Assembly (NCBI GenBank): GCA_937625935.1
Contig: OW569361.1
Span: 434,001-498,000, forward strand
Origin: Tetramitus jugosus
Taxonomy: Eukaryota; Protista; Heterolobosea
DNA: 64,000 nucleotides
Reading direction: 5' to 3'
A program made the position numbers and the translations under genes. The notes beneath the pieces are model-generated. The model did not search any database and was not told the DNA's origin. It saw nothing but the letters and a program-made list of their open reading frames with translations. Every line of letters begins with the position of its first letter. Position 1 is the stretch's first letter. Shown here piece after piece: positions 44,301 to 54,237 of this stretch.

Positions 44301-44873
44301 TTAGGAGTAGTAGTGGAAAGAAAGACGTTAGCTCACTGAAAAAAAAAATCACTTCGACCATCACAAAATGGAAAAAAAAAAAGCAAGAGAGAGAGACACA
44401 CATACTTTCTTCCAACAAACCAGCAACAAAGTTGGAAACAGTGTAAACCAACTTGGAGCGAATGTGACCAACCTTCTCTTCCTGTAGAGCACCCAACAAA
44501 TCAGCCTTCACTGCCTGCTTTGAGTTGTCTGAAAGCTTTGGGAAGATTGAATCCTCAGAAGAGATACATTTACGCAACAAAACAATGGCCAAACTTCTCA
44601 ACTAAGAAACATTAGCAAAAAAAATTTCAATTTTTTGTAATGTCGGCGGCGCAAAATAAAATGCCGACAAAAAGAATTTCACACGCAAGGTGCGATCAAA
44701 CGTACCTCTTCTTGTGTAGAAAAACGCAAAACTGATATCAAGGCGCTAACACAGTTGTCTGGTTGTTCTTGTTTCAGTTTGTTGAATGTAGCTTCGGCTT
44801 GGTTTCTAATCTCATTGTTGGTGTGGAGAATGGCAACAAGCAAATTTTCAAAGTCTTTGTTTGGGGCTGACAT
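41368..44873 (-). CDS. IPO5: Importin-5 / karyopherin beta-3 (Kap121)
   Basis: Exons 44706-44873, 44406-44601, 41368-44285. HEAT repeats; WKHRHTGLMTISQTAEGC, DPHPRVRYAA, ARAIEAISLIGVAVGKEIF, ISIRTSTLEEKSLAC, VRQAAVYGIG. Confidence 0.95.
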
Positions 44874-45417
44874 TATTGTTTTGTGTGAAAAATGTTGTTT
44901 TTTGAGTGATGTTTTTTTTTCGTTTTGTTTTGTCGATTTGTCAAGATGAGAATTGAAGGGGAAATAAAAATGTTGTGTGATAAAAGTGAAAGGCACAAAA
45001 CTTTTGAGCGACACGACAATAATTCGCCGCATGAAAGTTCAAGGTCAACCATTTTTGTTGAACTCAAAATGTTCGTTGAAGTGAAGAAAACTGTAAATGC
45101 AGCTGACGAGGAAAATGGAAAATGGAATATGCTATTGCCCACCCTTGGGATTTCCTTGAATGAAAACAATGGAAAGGAGTCGAAGTCGAACCTCCTCACC
45201 AACAAGCCGTTGTGTCCTATCAACCTCATCTGTCATTCTGATCCGAATGGAGTGACGTGGGAGCGTTCGACGGACTTTTGGTAAATGCGGCCAAATTGAC
45301 GACGTCTAACAGGGATTTGGATGCTGGACCGGGCGACGTCTGCAGAAATCTGAAGGTGTGGTGAACTCTTCAGCACGGAACACCCCTCTCTGCCTTGCTC
45401 TACAACTCTCCACTCTT

Positions 45418-45423
45418 TATAAA
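45418..45423 (+). promoter_or_regulatory. TATA box of the beta-trefoil gene
   Basis: TATAAA about 85 bp upstream of the ATG, followed by an A/C-rich leader. Confidence 0.45.
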
Positions 45424-45506
45424 GCTGACACCATTTTCCACACAGGGATAAACAACAAAAACCAAAACACATTAGACCTACAATCTACACACACATAACA
45501 TTCAAC

Positions 45507-46466
45507 ATGGGCATCAAATCACAAAGAAGATACATTCTCGTTAACAAGGCCAACGGTAAGGCTCTTGACTGGAACTTTGCAGCAGCAGCTCAACTCTCCT
45601 CCAGCCACCCAAGAATCTTCCTGTACAATGAGTCTCCAAACTCTGCCAACCATCACTGGCACATTGAGAAGCAACCGAACGGCAACTACTTGATCAAGAC
45701 TGGTAATGGTCAATATGCACTCGATGGTAACACTGGTGTTCCTCAAGCTGATCCATCTCATCCAGCTCCATTCCTCTACACTCCTGTTCCATCCGCTGCC
45801 AACCACAGATGGAGATTTGAAAAGGTCGGAAACAAGACTTTTGTCATTGTGAATGAGTCGACTGGACTTGCTTTGGACGGTAATGTCGACGCAACTCGTT
45901 CCCATGACCACAACTTGAAGACTCCATTCTTCTACACTCCAGTTCACTCTGCACCTAACCATCAATGGGTTCTCAAGAAGGCCAACACCCCTCACGGCCA
46001 TCAAGAAAGATATCACATTGTCAATGTTGCCACCCAAAAGGCATTGGATTGGAACACTGGTGCAGCAGCTCAATTGTCTCATGGTCACCCAAGAGTCTTT
46101 GTCTATCACCCATCTCCACAATCTCAGAACCATCATTGGATCATTGAGAAGCAATCCAATGGAAACTACTTGATCAAGACTGGTGACAACAGATTGGCAC
46201 TTGATGGTAACACTGGTGTACCAAACGTTTCACCTTCTCACCCAGCTCCATTCCTGTACACTCCAGTACCTTCTGCTGCCAATCACAGATGGAGAATTGA
46301 GAAGGTTGCCAAGAAGCGTTACATTATCATCAATGAAGCTAACGGTTTGGCTTTGGACGGTAATGTCGATGGTGCTCCACAACACGATCACAACTTGAAG
46401 ACTCCATTCTTGTGGTCCCCTGTTCCATCTGCACCAAATCACTTGTGGGAATTGAGAGAGTTGTAA
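45507..46466 (+). CDS. Tandem ricin-B-like beta-trefoil protein (2 x 3 subdomains), no signal peptide
   Basis: Six repeats of Y/F-x-I-x-N/K..ALD..NHxW; 480-nt internal duplication (GCTCTTGACTGGAAC at 45561 vs GCATTGGATTGGAAC at 46041). Confidence 0.85.
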   Translation: MGIKSQRRYILVNKANGKALDWNFAAAAQLSSSHPRIFLYNESPNSANHHWHIEKQPNGNYLIKTGNGQYALDGNTGVPQADPSHPAPFLYTPVPSAANHRWRFEKVGNKTFVIVNESTGLALDGNVDATRSHDHNLKTPFFYTPVHSAPNHQWVLKKANTPHGHQERYHIVNVATQKALDWNTGAAAQLSHGHPRVFVYHPSPQSQNHHWIIEKQSNGNYLIKTGDNRLALDGNTGVPNVSPSHPAPFLYTPVPSAANHRWRIEKVAKKRYIIINEANGLALDGNVDGAPQHDHNLKTPFLWSPVPSAPNHLWELREL

Positions 46467-46756
46467 GCGATGAAGCGCTTGCCTTTGCTTTCTTGTTCCA
46501 TTTTTTTTCTTACAAAAAAGTGCAAAATCTTTTTTGTGTGAAAATGTATTTGCTATATGTATGGTGTAATTCTATGGAAAATGAATAAATGAAGATCGAT
46601 AGAGCTCTTTTGTTCACATAACAAGTTCTTTATTGTTGTATTGTTTCTTCTAGCTTTTTTGTCTTTGGTTCGTTCTGGTGAGTGCACCAACCAGGAGTTC
46701 ACAACAAAGTCGAACACAACCAACCAAAATCTGAAAAACAAACATAAAAAGAAGAA

Positions 46757-49024
46757 ATGAACAACCATACGAATCATATGATAGATGAAAAAGCTTTGAT
46801 ATCGAAATCTCCTCCTACGTTGGAGGACATCTATGAGCTCGTGATACGAAGCACTTGTGTCACGAGCTCTTCTTCAACTGAGACATGCAAACTGAATGGC
46901 GAGAACGAAGGTGATGGTGGTGCTGTGTTGATGGAACAAGATGATACATATTCAATGGATTTAGGACCAGATGTAGTTTCCCAGATTTTGAATGTCTATT
47001 TGTTTGGATCTCGTTTGTATCAATGTCACAGCGAAGACAGTGACTATGATTTCATTTGTATTGTCGGAGGCAAGTACTTTGATGGGAGCAAGTTGATTGA
47101 CAATGGGATTTTCAATGTGAATGTGTACCACTGGGATTATTGGCTGCACTTGATGCATGAGAATATGATTTGGGCAGTGATGGTTCTGTTTATGCCATCG
47201 GATATGATCTGGAAACAGACGAGAGACCTGAAATTGCACTTCTCGTTGGATGGTTATCGACTCAGGAATGCTTGTTTACAAGATGCGTCGCATAATTGGG
47301 CAAAAGCAAAGAGACTTTGTACGCATGCATCATTGAGGAGTGAAAAGGTGGCAAAGAAGAATATTGTCCATGGATTCAGATATTTGAATTTGACGCTCCA
47401 AGTACTGCAGACTGGAGAAATCTATGATTTTACTCAAGGGAATGACATATGGGAGGAATTATTTGTAGCTGATGCGAATACACAGTATTCTACGTTTATA
47501 GAACAGTGGCAGTGTTATGAATCAAGATACAAAGTCAAATTTCAAGACTTAATGTCCACAGTGAAGCACTTTGCTCATGTGCAGGAGTCACTTGAAACAG
47601 AGGAGATTTCCACTTCAAAGAATGCCAAAAAGAGAAAGGCAATGAGTCCCTACATGTCCAGTCCGACCAAAAAGTTGCATGTGATGGATTACATTTCAAA
47701 GCATACACTGAACAGTTTGAAGAGAGATTTTTCAATCGAAGTAACTCGTCCCTATTCAACTATCGGATATCCTGAATTGGTTGTATGTACTCTGAGTAAT
47801 GAATTTACTCCACGATGGACATGTCCCTCACCAGTTTCGAGAGAATGCACCACTATCGTTTTAGTTGAGAAGGGCGAAGGGTATTCAGTGCTTGCTTCAT
47901 CCAGTTTGCCAATTTTTGATAAGTTTGATGAGGATACTGGTATCGATAGCGACTTCATGAGTGATCTAGTGAACATCGATTGGGATCATATCGCCTTATC
48001 TGAGAGAATAGATGGAATCCCATTCTTATTATTTTGGTACATGGATAGATGGCTAGTTTATACTCCTACGATCAACAGCTCAAAGTACAAGCAATACACT
48101 CACGTGCACATTGTGCAGTACAAGCGGATATTTCAAGGAACTGAAGAGGATGCATTGAATCAGCTGACTAAGGCTTTCTGGGAAACATGGAATCAGAGCA
48201 ATTATGTGTTACCAGAGGTGGGTCTTGAGCAAATCTCATACACATTTCAATTATGCCTCTCTTTGGAGCATGACTTGGATTGTTATGGTGGTAGAGCTTT
48301 CATCTCTGATGGACATACCGTACAGCATTCCCAAAACAAGCTAATATGCTTCAGCATGATTCAGGTAGACTCTATCAATCAACTCGTAACAGAACTACCT
48401 ATCGAAAACATAACTGAAAGATACAATTGGGAAACGCCTCAGCGGTTAGACCATATTTTGGAAGGGTATTCAATCGGAGCAGATGTCTTGGGAGCAGAGC
48501 GAATTCTTCGATCATATGTCAGAAAATTGAATCCTATGTATTCGATAGGAGTGGTTGTGACAGATCAATTCATGAATAGGGTGCAGTACGTTACACCACA
48601 GTATTATGCTTTGGATCAGTTGCAGATAGCAGATCTTGTCGAACCGAACACCAACAACAGAAACGTGGAGATTATCGCTCGAACAAACGATTACTGTTCC
48701 TTCCTAGAATATTATCCATGGAACAATCAAGAAGTATTGAAGGAGCTTTACAACAAGTATCATGCCACAGTTGTTACGTTTTGTTCATTTATTCAGGATC
48801 TGTTTGACGAGAATAGAAAAAAGTATGAGTATGACGTGAAGAATTGGATATCATTTGGACGACAATTTACATTCTATTATGTGCTATTCGATATGCAGAA
48901 ACTAGGAATCACTGCCAGAGAATTTTATTCTTCGATCAATCCCAGAAAGGTGTCAAAGGCAGTGAGAGACGTGCAAGACTACTTAGAGTCAGTCAAGAGC
49001 AAGGATGACAATAGTGAAAAGTAA
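46757..49024 (+). CDS. Pol-beta-superfamily (RlaP/MNT-like) nucleotidyltransferase fused to an inactive T4 Rnl1-like RNA ligase domain
   Basis: YLFGSRLYQCHSEDSDYDF, KKNIVHGFRYL..QVLQTGEIYDF; then PVSRECTTIVL, IDWDHIALSERIDG, YTFQL, IGVVVTDQFMNRVQYVTPQY. Confidence 0.75.
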   Translation: MNNHTNHMIDEKALISKSPPTLEDIYELVIRSTCVTSSSSTETCKLNGENEGDGGAVLMEQDDTYSMDLGPDVVSQILNVYLFGSRLYQCHSEDSDYDFICIVGGKYFDGSKLIDNGIFNVNVYHWDYWLHLMHENMIWAVMVLFMPSDMIWKQTRDLKLHFSLDGYRLRNACLQDASHNWAKAKRLCTHASLRSEKVAKKNIVHGFRYLNLTLQVLQTGEIYDFTQGNDIWEELFVADANTQYSTFIEQWQCYESRYKVKFQDLMSTVKHFAHVQESLETEEISTSKNAKKRKAMSPYMSSPTKKLHVMDYISKHTLNSLKRDFSIEVTRPYSTIGYPELVVCTLSNEFTPRWTCPSPVSRECTTIVLVEKGEGYSVLASSSLPIFDKFDEDTGIDSDFMSDLVNIDWDHIALSERIDGIPFLLFWYMDRWLVYTPTINSSKYKQYTHVHIVQYKRIFQGTEEDALNQLTKAFWETWNQSNYVLPEVGLEQISYTFQLCLSLEHDLDCYGGRAFISDGHTVQHSQNKLICFSMIQVDSINQLVTELPIENITERYNWETPQRLDHILEGYSIGADVLGAERILRSYVRKLNPMYSIGVVVTDQFMNRVQYVTPQYYALDQLQIADLVEPNTNNRNVEIIARTNDYCSFLEYYPWNNQEVLKELYNKYHATVVTFCSFIQDLFDENRKKYEYDVKNWISFGRQFTFYYVLFDMQKLGITAREFYSSINPRKVSKAVRDVQDYLESVKSKDDNSEK

Positions 49025-49053
49025 TGATATTTTACACAGTGATTGAATTGTAT

Positions 49054-49863
49054 TTACAGTTTTCTTACAGTGTGAGCATTTGTATCAATCACTGCATCGA
49101 CATGAGGATAGGGTTCATTTTCTGCCTTTTCAATGATTACATTTTGAATTTGTGGTACAACGGTTTGCACATAAACGGTAGCAGGGGCTAGAGGCGGTGC
49201 TGGAGCAACACGAACAGTGTCAGACGCCACGATGCGTTCAGTTACAGGAGCTTCTCTTACGACGGAGACTCGAGGGGATTCATAGATTGTCTTATTAATC
49301 AATTGTTCATGAACTTCAGTGATTGGTTGATGGTGAACTTCAGTTACAATCGGTTTCTCAATCACTTCTCTTGTCACTTCCTTCTGCCAGTAGACGGAAG
49401 GTTGCATTTGGGTGACATTGACATCTTGTCTCTCTGCTACGGTGATATTATGTCTCCTATTGCTCTCTTCCAATTCTCTCAAAACTCTTTGTCTCTCTGC
49501 GTCGGCTTGCTCTCTGCCTTGCTCTTGATACAGTGTTTGTTCCTGGACAAACATTTGTTGAGGTGCGTGCTGGACGACTCTCTCGATAGGCCTCTCATGA
49601 ACTTCAATCATATCCTGAATATGTCTCTCGCGAATATTCTGCTCTTGAATCACATCGATATGTTCCAACTTTTCAACACGATCCAGAATTGGTTGTTCCT
49701 GGATGAATCTCGTGGTTCCTTGCTGGTTGTACACGGGAGATGTTGCAGTTTGGAATCCTTGGTTGATTACTGGAGCAGGAGGAAGAACAGTCTGTTTAGG
49801 TGCCACAGACTGAGCAGGGAGGGGTGCTGTTGTAATAGTTGTCGTTCTCTTGGCTTCTACCAT
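49054..49863 (-). CDS. Uncharacterised V/E/Q/P-rich repeat protein
   Basis: Two related blocks (EQPILDRVEK..IEVHERPIERVVQH; EKPIVTEVHHQPITEVHEQ) around a short coiled coil. Start placed at ATG 49861-49863. Confidence 0.7.
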   Translation of the reverse strand: MVEAKRTTTITTAPLPAQSVAPKQTVLPPAPVINQGFQTATSPVYNQQGTTRFIQEQPILDRVEKLEHIDVIQEQNIRERHIQDMIEVHERPIERVVQHAPQQMFVQEQTLYQEQGREQADAERQRVLRELEESNRRHNITVAERQDVNVTQMQPSVYWQKEVTREVIEKPIVTEVHHQPITEVHEQLINKTIYESPRVSVVREAPVTERIVASDTVRVAPAPPLAPATVYVQTVVPQIQNVIIEKAENEPYPHVDAVIDTNAHTVRKL

Positions 49864-50136
49864 CTTGTATGCTGTAGTTGTTGTTGAGCAGTTACTGTTG
49901 TGTGTTGTGTGGTTCCAAAGGAACACTGATCCGTTAAAAAGGTGTGACCATATTGATGGTTGACTTGATGTTCTCTATTTTTGCGCGGATTTAACCATTT
50001 TGTATTCCAGGTGATCAACTCAACCTTTACAAAAACTCAATTCGAATCATCAAACTCGAGAGTCGGCCAAATAAACATCAAAGAGCCAAAAACAATTTTT
50101 CATCAAACAACAACAAAAAACAATCAGTCAAATCAC

Positions 50137-52752
50137 ATGTGGAACAAAATTTCATCTCTTGGTAACGTGGTTGCTGATTTCACCAAGGAAGTCATCACGG
50201 CCAACTCTGACAACGAGGAAGAAGATGAAGAGTTCTACGACGGAGAATCTGTTACTCCGAGAACACCCCGAAAAACACCGAATCATGTCCATGAAGAGCA
50301 CAATCGCAACAACAATTCATTGTTTCAAACCGAGCCGATCTCCCATACTTCATCTTCCTCGGATAATATTGATCCGTTTTTCTCTGATGATTTTGATCAA
50401 ATCTCCTCCAATCATCATGATCATCTGAAGAACAATGAATCATCATCTTTGATGAGCCATCATCAAGTAGGATCCATCCTCTCTTCAGCAGAAACGGAAA
50501 CTGAAGAAGCTTTTTGGAAACAAATGGAAAAAAAATATGCGGAGGAACATCGCGAAAACGAACAAAAAGTTTTACAGCTCGAAAATCGAGTGCGCGAAAA
50601 GGAATTTTTAATTTCGCGGTTAGAGCGACAATTACTGGAGCGAAATAAGTCAAGTACAGTAACATCTCCACTTGTTGAAGTTGATATCAACAGTGATCAC
50701 TCGTCTGAAAAAATTCAAGAGTGTACTCAAGTGGTATATGATCAACTTCAACAACAACTTTTTTCATTGTTAAAGTTGGATGATCAAATAGAGAAGGAAA
50801 ATGATGTAAGTGTGTTGTTGATGGACCAGTCAGAGTTGATGATCAAGTGGTGTGAGTTGTTTGATGACTCTGTAAGTCAATTGAATGAAAAATTGTCTCA
50901 TTCATTGTTGGTGGATGGTTCAAGTGACAGTGAGAGGAAGAAGAATGGTGAAAATGGTGATGAAAATGGCATGTTTGTTTCTAATAAGAATGAAACTTCA
51001 TTTGCAAGTGATTTGTTGAATGGTAATGAGAGTCAGGAATTGAATCAATTGTGTAATGATTTTCGGATCATGTTATCTAATTATAATAATCATGCTGTGC
51101 CATCATCACCATTGTCCACAAGTGTAGGTAACGGTGGTGATGATGATGTCAAGAATCAATTGATTGAAATTATGATGTCGAGTAAGACGTTGTTATCAGA
51201 GCAACAACAGAGGCTATTAGAGCACGAGTCTTCTCAGAGAAAGATGCAAAGAGTTACAAAGGACTCTGTTGAAAAATTCCGTCTCCTGTACAATTCCATT
51301 GTTCAATTATGCAAGTCCAATCACATTGGAAATCATGAAACATTTGTGACACTTGGTGATGTTGATACCAAGGACCAGCAACATCATTTAGACTCGGTTA
51401 AACTAAAGGACATTATGCAAATGAGTAAATCATTGGAAGCACATGTGAAAGCAAGTGGATCATCGCTCGATGCATGCTCCCAGGCATCAGCATCACTCCA
51501 TCAATTGCTTGTGAATGGAAAGGAGAAGCTTCCAAGAGTTTCATCAGACATGAGTGCTCCACAGAGTTTGCTCATCTATGTTTCTGCAGTTGAACACTAC
51601 ACAAAGAAGCTGTTCGATACAAATAATCAAGTCATTTCTCGGTTACAGCATTTGCAACAGAAACAGATGGAAGACATGGACAAGAGCGCTGCAAAGGACA
51701 GTGATCTCAAGAAAAAGTTGAACCAAATGACGCAGCAACACGAGCAACAAATGAGAAAGAGCACTGAAAAAATTGATAGTTTGAATCGTGAAATGCTACA
51801 ATTGGATCGAGAGAACAAACGATTGAAGAGTGAGCTTCACTCATTGAGCTCCAATGCTAAAATGTCAACAGAAGAGTTGGAATATCACAAAGAGGAGCAT
51901 GATTATGAGAAGAAGGAGTTGGAGAGTAGAATCGCAGAGTTGGAGAACGAACTTTATTTGATACGAGAGAGGGACAATGAGCATGAAGCGAAACAGAAAC
52001 AACTCACGAACGAAATATCGATCTTAAACAGCAAATCGAGCAGTTATCTTGAGGAGTTGCGACAAAAAGAAGAAGCGCTATCAAATTTGGAGTTGGCACT
52101 CGAGTCTTTACAGTCTGAATCGACGCGCAATGTTCGAAAGCTGAAAGTGAAACTCTCCGAGGCTGAAACGGCCACGAAGAAGGCTGAAGAACAAGCAATC
52201 AAAGCATTAGCAGAAAAAGAGGAAATACAGAAACTGAAAGATCAGAGCGATGCAATGATTGCAGAAATGAAACAAGATAATACGCGGTCTGACACATTGC
52301 GAACTCAGTATGATGCTATGCGGACAATGCTCGAAGACGCCATTGGCAGGGCAAACGATGAAAATTTAGTTGATCGAAGAGTAATCAATCGTTTGTTGAT
52401 GACACTGTTTGATCCTTCACCCTCCGAGTCCAACCACGCTAATTCATTACTCGGATCTGAGCCAATATCAGACAAACGAGACAACAAGGTTATTGCATTG
52501 CTGTGCAGCACGCTAAGAATGGATGCAGAGCAGCAACGAATCACAACGACGACATTACGAAGCATGGTCCGAGGTCATCATGAAACACCAATCGCAAACA
52601 CCAACTCTGGATTGGGTGGCTGGTTCCGTAGTAGGAGTCCGAACACCCACCTGTCAGAGAGCAGCTACGAGAACAAAGGAGCTGAAAAGTCATTATCCAA
52701 ACTCTGGGTTCAATTTTTGATCGAGGAATCGAGTAAGCAACCAAATGTATAA
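50137..52752 (+). CDS. GRAB-domain golgin (GMAP-210/Rud3/GC4-like)
   Basis: Amphipathic N-terminus MWNKISSLGNVVADF, long coiled coil (ALSNLELALESLQSE), GRAB ENLVDRRVINRLL, GA1 motif SLSKLWVQFLIEES. Confidence 0.8.
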   Translation: MWNKISSLGNVVADFTKEVITANSDNEEEDEEFYDGESVTPRTPRKTPNHVHEEHNRNNNSLFQTEPISHTSSSSDNIDPFFSDDFDQISSNHHDHLKNNESSSLMSHHQVGSILSSAETETEEAFWKQMEKKYAEEHRENEQKVLQLENRVREKEFLISRLERQLLERNKSSTVTSPLVEVDINSDHSSEKIQECTQVVYDQLQQQLFSLLKLDDQIEKENDVSVLLMDQSELMIKWCELFDDSVSQLNEKLSHSLLVDGSSDSERKKNGENGDENGMFVSNKNETSFASDLLNGNESQELNQLCNDFRIMLSNYNNHAVPSSPLSTSVGNGGDDDVKNQLIEIMMSSKTLLSEQQQRLLEHESSQRKMQRVTKDSVEKFRLLYNSIVQLCKSNHIGNHETFVTLGDVDTKDQQHHLDSVKLKDIMQMSKSLEAHVKASGSSLDACSQASASLHQLLVNGKEKLPRVSSDMSAPQSLLIYVSAVEHYTKKLFDTNNQVISRLQHLQQKQMEDMDKSAAKDSDLKKKLNQMTQQHEQQMRKSTEKIDSLNREMLQLDRENKRLKSELHSLSSNAKMSTEELEYHKEEHDYEKKELESRIAELENELYLIRERDNEHEAKQKQLTNEISILNSKSSSYLEELRQKEEALSNLELALESLQSESTRNVRKLKVKLSEAETATKKAEEQAIKALAEKEEIQKLKDQSDAMIAEMKQDNTRSDTLRTQYDAMRTMLEDAIGRANDENLVDRRVINRLLMTLFDPSPSESNHANSLLGSEPISDKRDNKVIALLCSTLRMDAEQQRITTTTLRSMVRGHHETPIANTNSGLGGWFRSRSPNTHLSESSYENKGAEKSLSKLWVQFLIEESSKQPNV

Positions 52753-52806
52753 AGAAAAGTGGTTGTTGCACATTGTAAAATAATAGTGTATGGAACTGCA
52801 GTAGTT

Positions 52807-54186
52807 TTATGTTTCCTCTTTTGATTGATTTGCCTCCAACAGTTGCATCATGAATTCCCTGAGATAATCTCCATCACCAGCGAGGAACGAATCAGGATTA
52901 GAGCATTCGCTGTTCGTTCTCAGATCTTTGACCAGTTTGTACGGATGGAAAACATAGGATCGAATTTGGCTGCCAAATGCCACATCGTCCAAACTATCCA
53001 ACCGATCCTTCTTAATCTGTTGTCTCTTATTCAACTCGAGTGCATACAGCTTCGACTCCAAAGTCTTTAGTGCCTTCTTCTTATTCTGATGCTGTTCGCG
53101 ATTCTCTTGGCAACTCACAACAATTCCCGTCGGTTCATGCGTGATGCGCACAGCAGAATCCGTCTTATTCACATGTTGTCCACCAGCTCCTGAAGCCCTC
53201 ATTGTTTCAATCTTCAAATCCTTTGGATTCACTTCCACAGTGCCAATCGAATCATCCACTTCAGGGTACACATTGACACCCACAAACGACGTGTGTCGCT
53301 TATTGTTATCATACGGAGAGCATCGAACGAACCGATGAACACCATGTTCATTCTTCAACCAACCATATGCTCTCTGACCACTCACACTCAACAGAGCATG
53401 CTTAATTCCAACTTGTTTCGCACTTGTCACATCTTGAACCTTTGCAACGAGTCCATTATTGCTGCACCAATTGACATACATGTTCATGACACTCTCTGCC
53501 CAATCATTCGTGTCCATTCCACCTGCACCTGCATAAATTTCAATAAAACAATTAAAATTGTCTTCTCGCTCACAAAACAATGTTTCCAAATCTTTTTCAT
53601 CCAACGAGTGACTCATTTTTCGCAACTGAACTCGTAATTCATTCAAAATTTGCTTATTTTCTTCTAGTTCTTCTTCTTGTTGAAGCATCAACAACAATTC
53701 TTGATGATTTTGCAATTGTAGCAATGCACTCTCCAAGAATTGAATTTGATTTTGAAGAAAACTTTGTCGTTTGATGGTCAGTTGAGCTCCCTTTGTATCA
53801 TCCCAAAAATCTTCCATGTTGATTTTTGATTGAATGACTTGTAGCTCTTGCTTGAGTAGAGGTAGGTGAATGCGATGAGAGATGATTGAGATGCGAGATT
53901 TCAAGTTTTGAATCATAGAGTCAATCTCATGAATGTGTTCATGGTTGTATGAGTGGTTATTGTTGTTGTTGTTATTGTTGAAGGAGGAGTAGTGGTGGTG
54001 GTAGAGACGAAAATTGTAATGTTGTTGAGTGATAATGGAGGAGTGGTGGTGAATGGATATTGTTGTTGTTGATGCTCCATTGGAGGAAAAGCAAAGTGGA
54101 AAATTGTGGTGGTGGTGAAGAGAGCGAGGGAGAGCTTGGCCACCGTAGACAAAATGGCGCAATTTTGAGATGGCGGGTTTTCTCAT
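52807..54186 (-). CDS. prfB: Organellar (mitochondrial) peptide chain release factor 2
   Basis: Presequence-like N-terminus; FWDD, AGAGG, AYGWLKNEHGVHRFVRCSPYD..RHTSF, RASGAGGQHVNKTDSAVRITH, FGSQIRSYVFHPYKLVKDLRT. Confidence 0.92.
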   Translation of the reverse strand: MRKPAISKLRHFVYGGQALPRSLHHHHNFPLCFSSNGASTTTISIHHHSSIITQQHYNFRLYHHHYSSFNNNNNNNNHSYNHEHIHEIDSMIQNLKSRISIISHRIHLPLLKQELQVIQSKINMEDFWDDTKGAQLTIKRQSFLQNQIQFLESALLQLQNHQELLLMLQQEEELEENKQILNELRVQLRKMSHSLDEKDLETLFCEREDNFNCFIEIYAGAGGMDTNDWAESVMNMYVNWCSNNGLVAKVQDVTSAKQVGIKHALLSVSGQRAYGWLKNEHGVHRFVRCSPYDNNKRHTSFVGVNVYPEVDDSIGTVEVNPKDLKIETMRASGAGGQHVNKTDSAVRITHEPTGIVVSCQENREQHQNKKKALKTLESKLYALELNKRQQIKKDRLDSLDDVAFGSQIRSYVFHPYKLVKDLRTNSECSNPDSFLAGDGDYLREFMMQLLEANQSKEET

Positions 54187-54237
54187 TGTTTTTCACATGC
54201 GTTTTTTGCTTTTTCCTTCAAGCGGAAAAACTCTTGC

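Noticed and set aside
44925-45284. 119-aa ORF between IPO5 and the lectin gene
   Set aside because: Overlaps the IPO5 leader/promoter, has a non-ATG start and shows no recognisable homology.
45525-46463. Regular repeats that might suggest a CRISPR array or satellite
   Set aside because: They are protein-coding beta-trefoil repeats with synonymous divergence.
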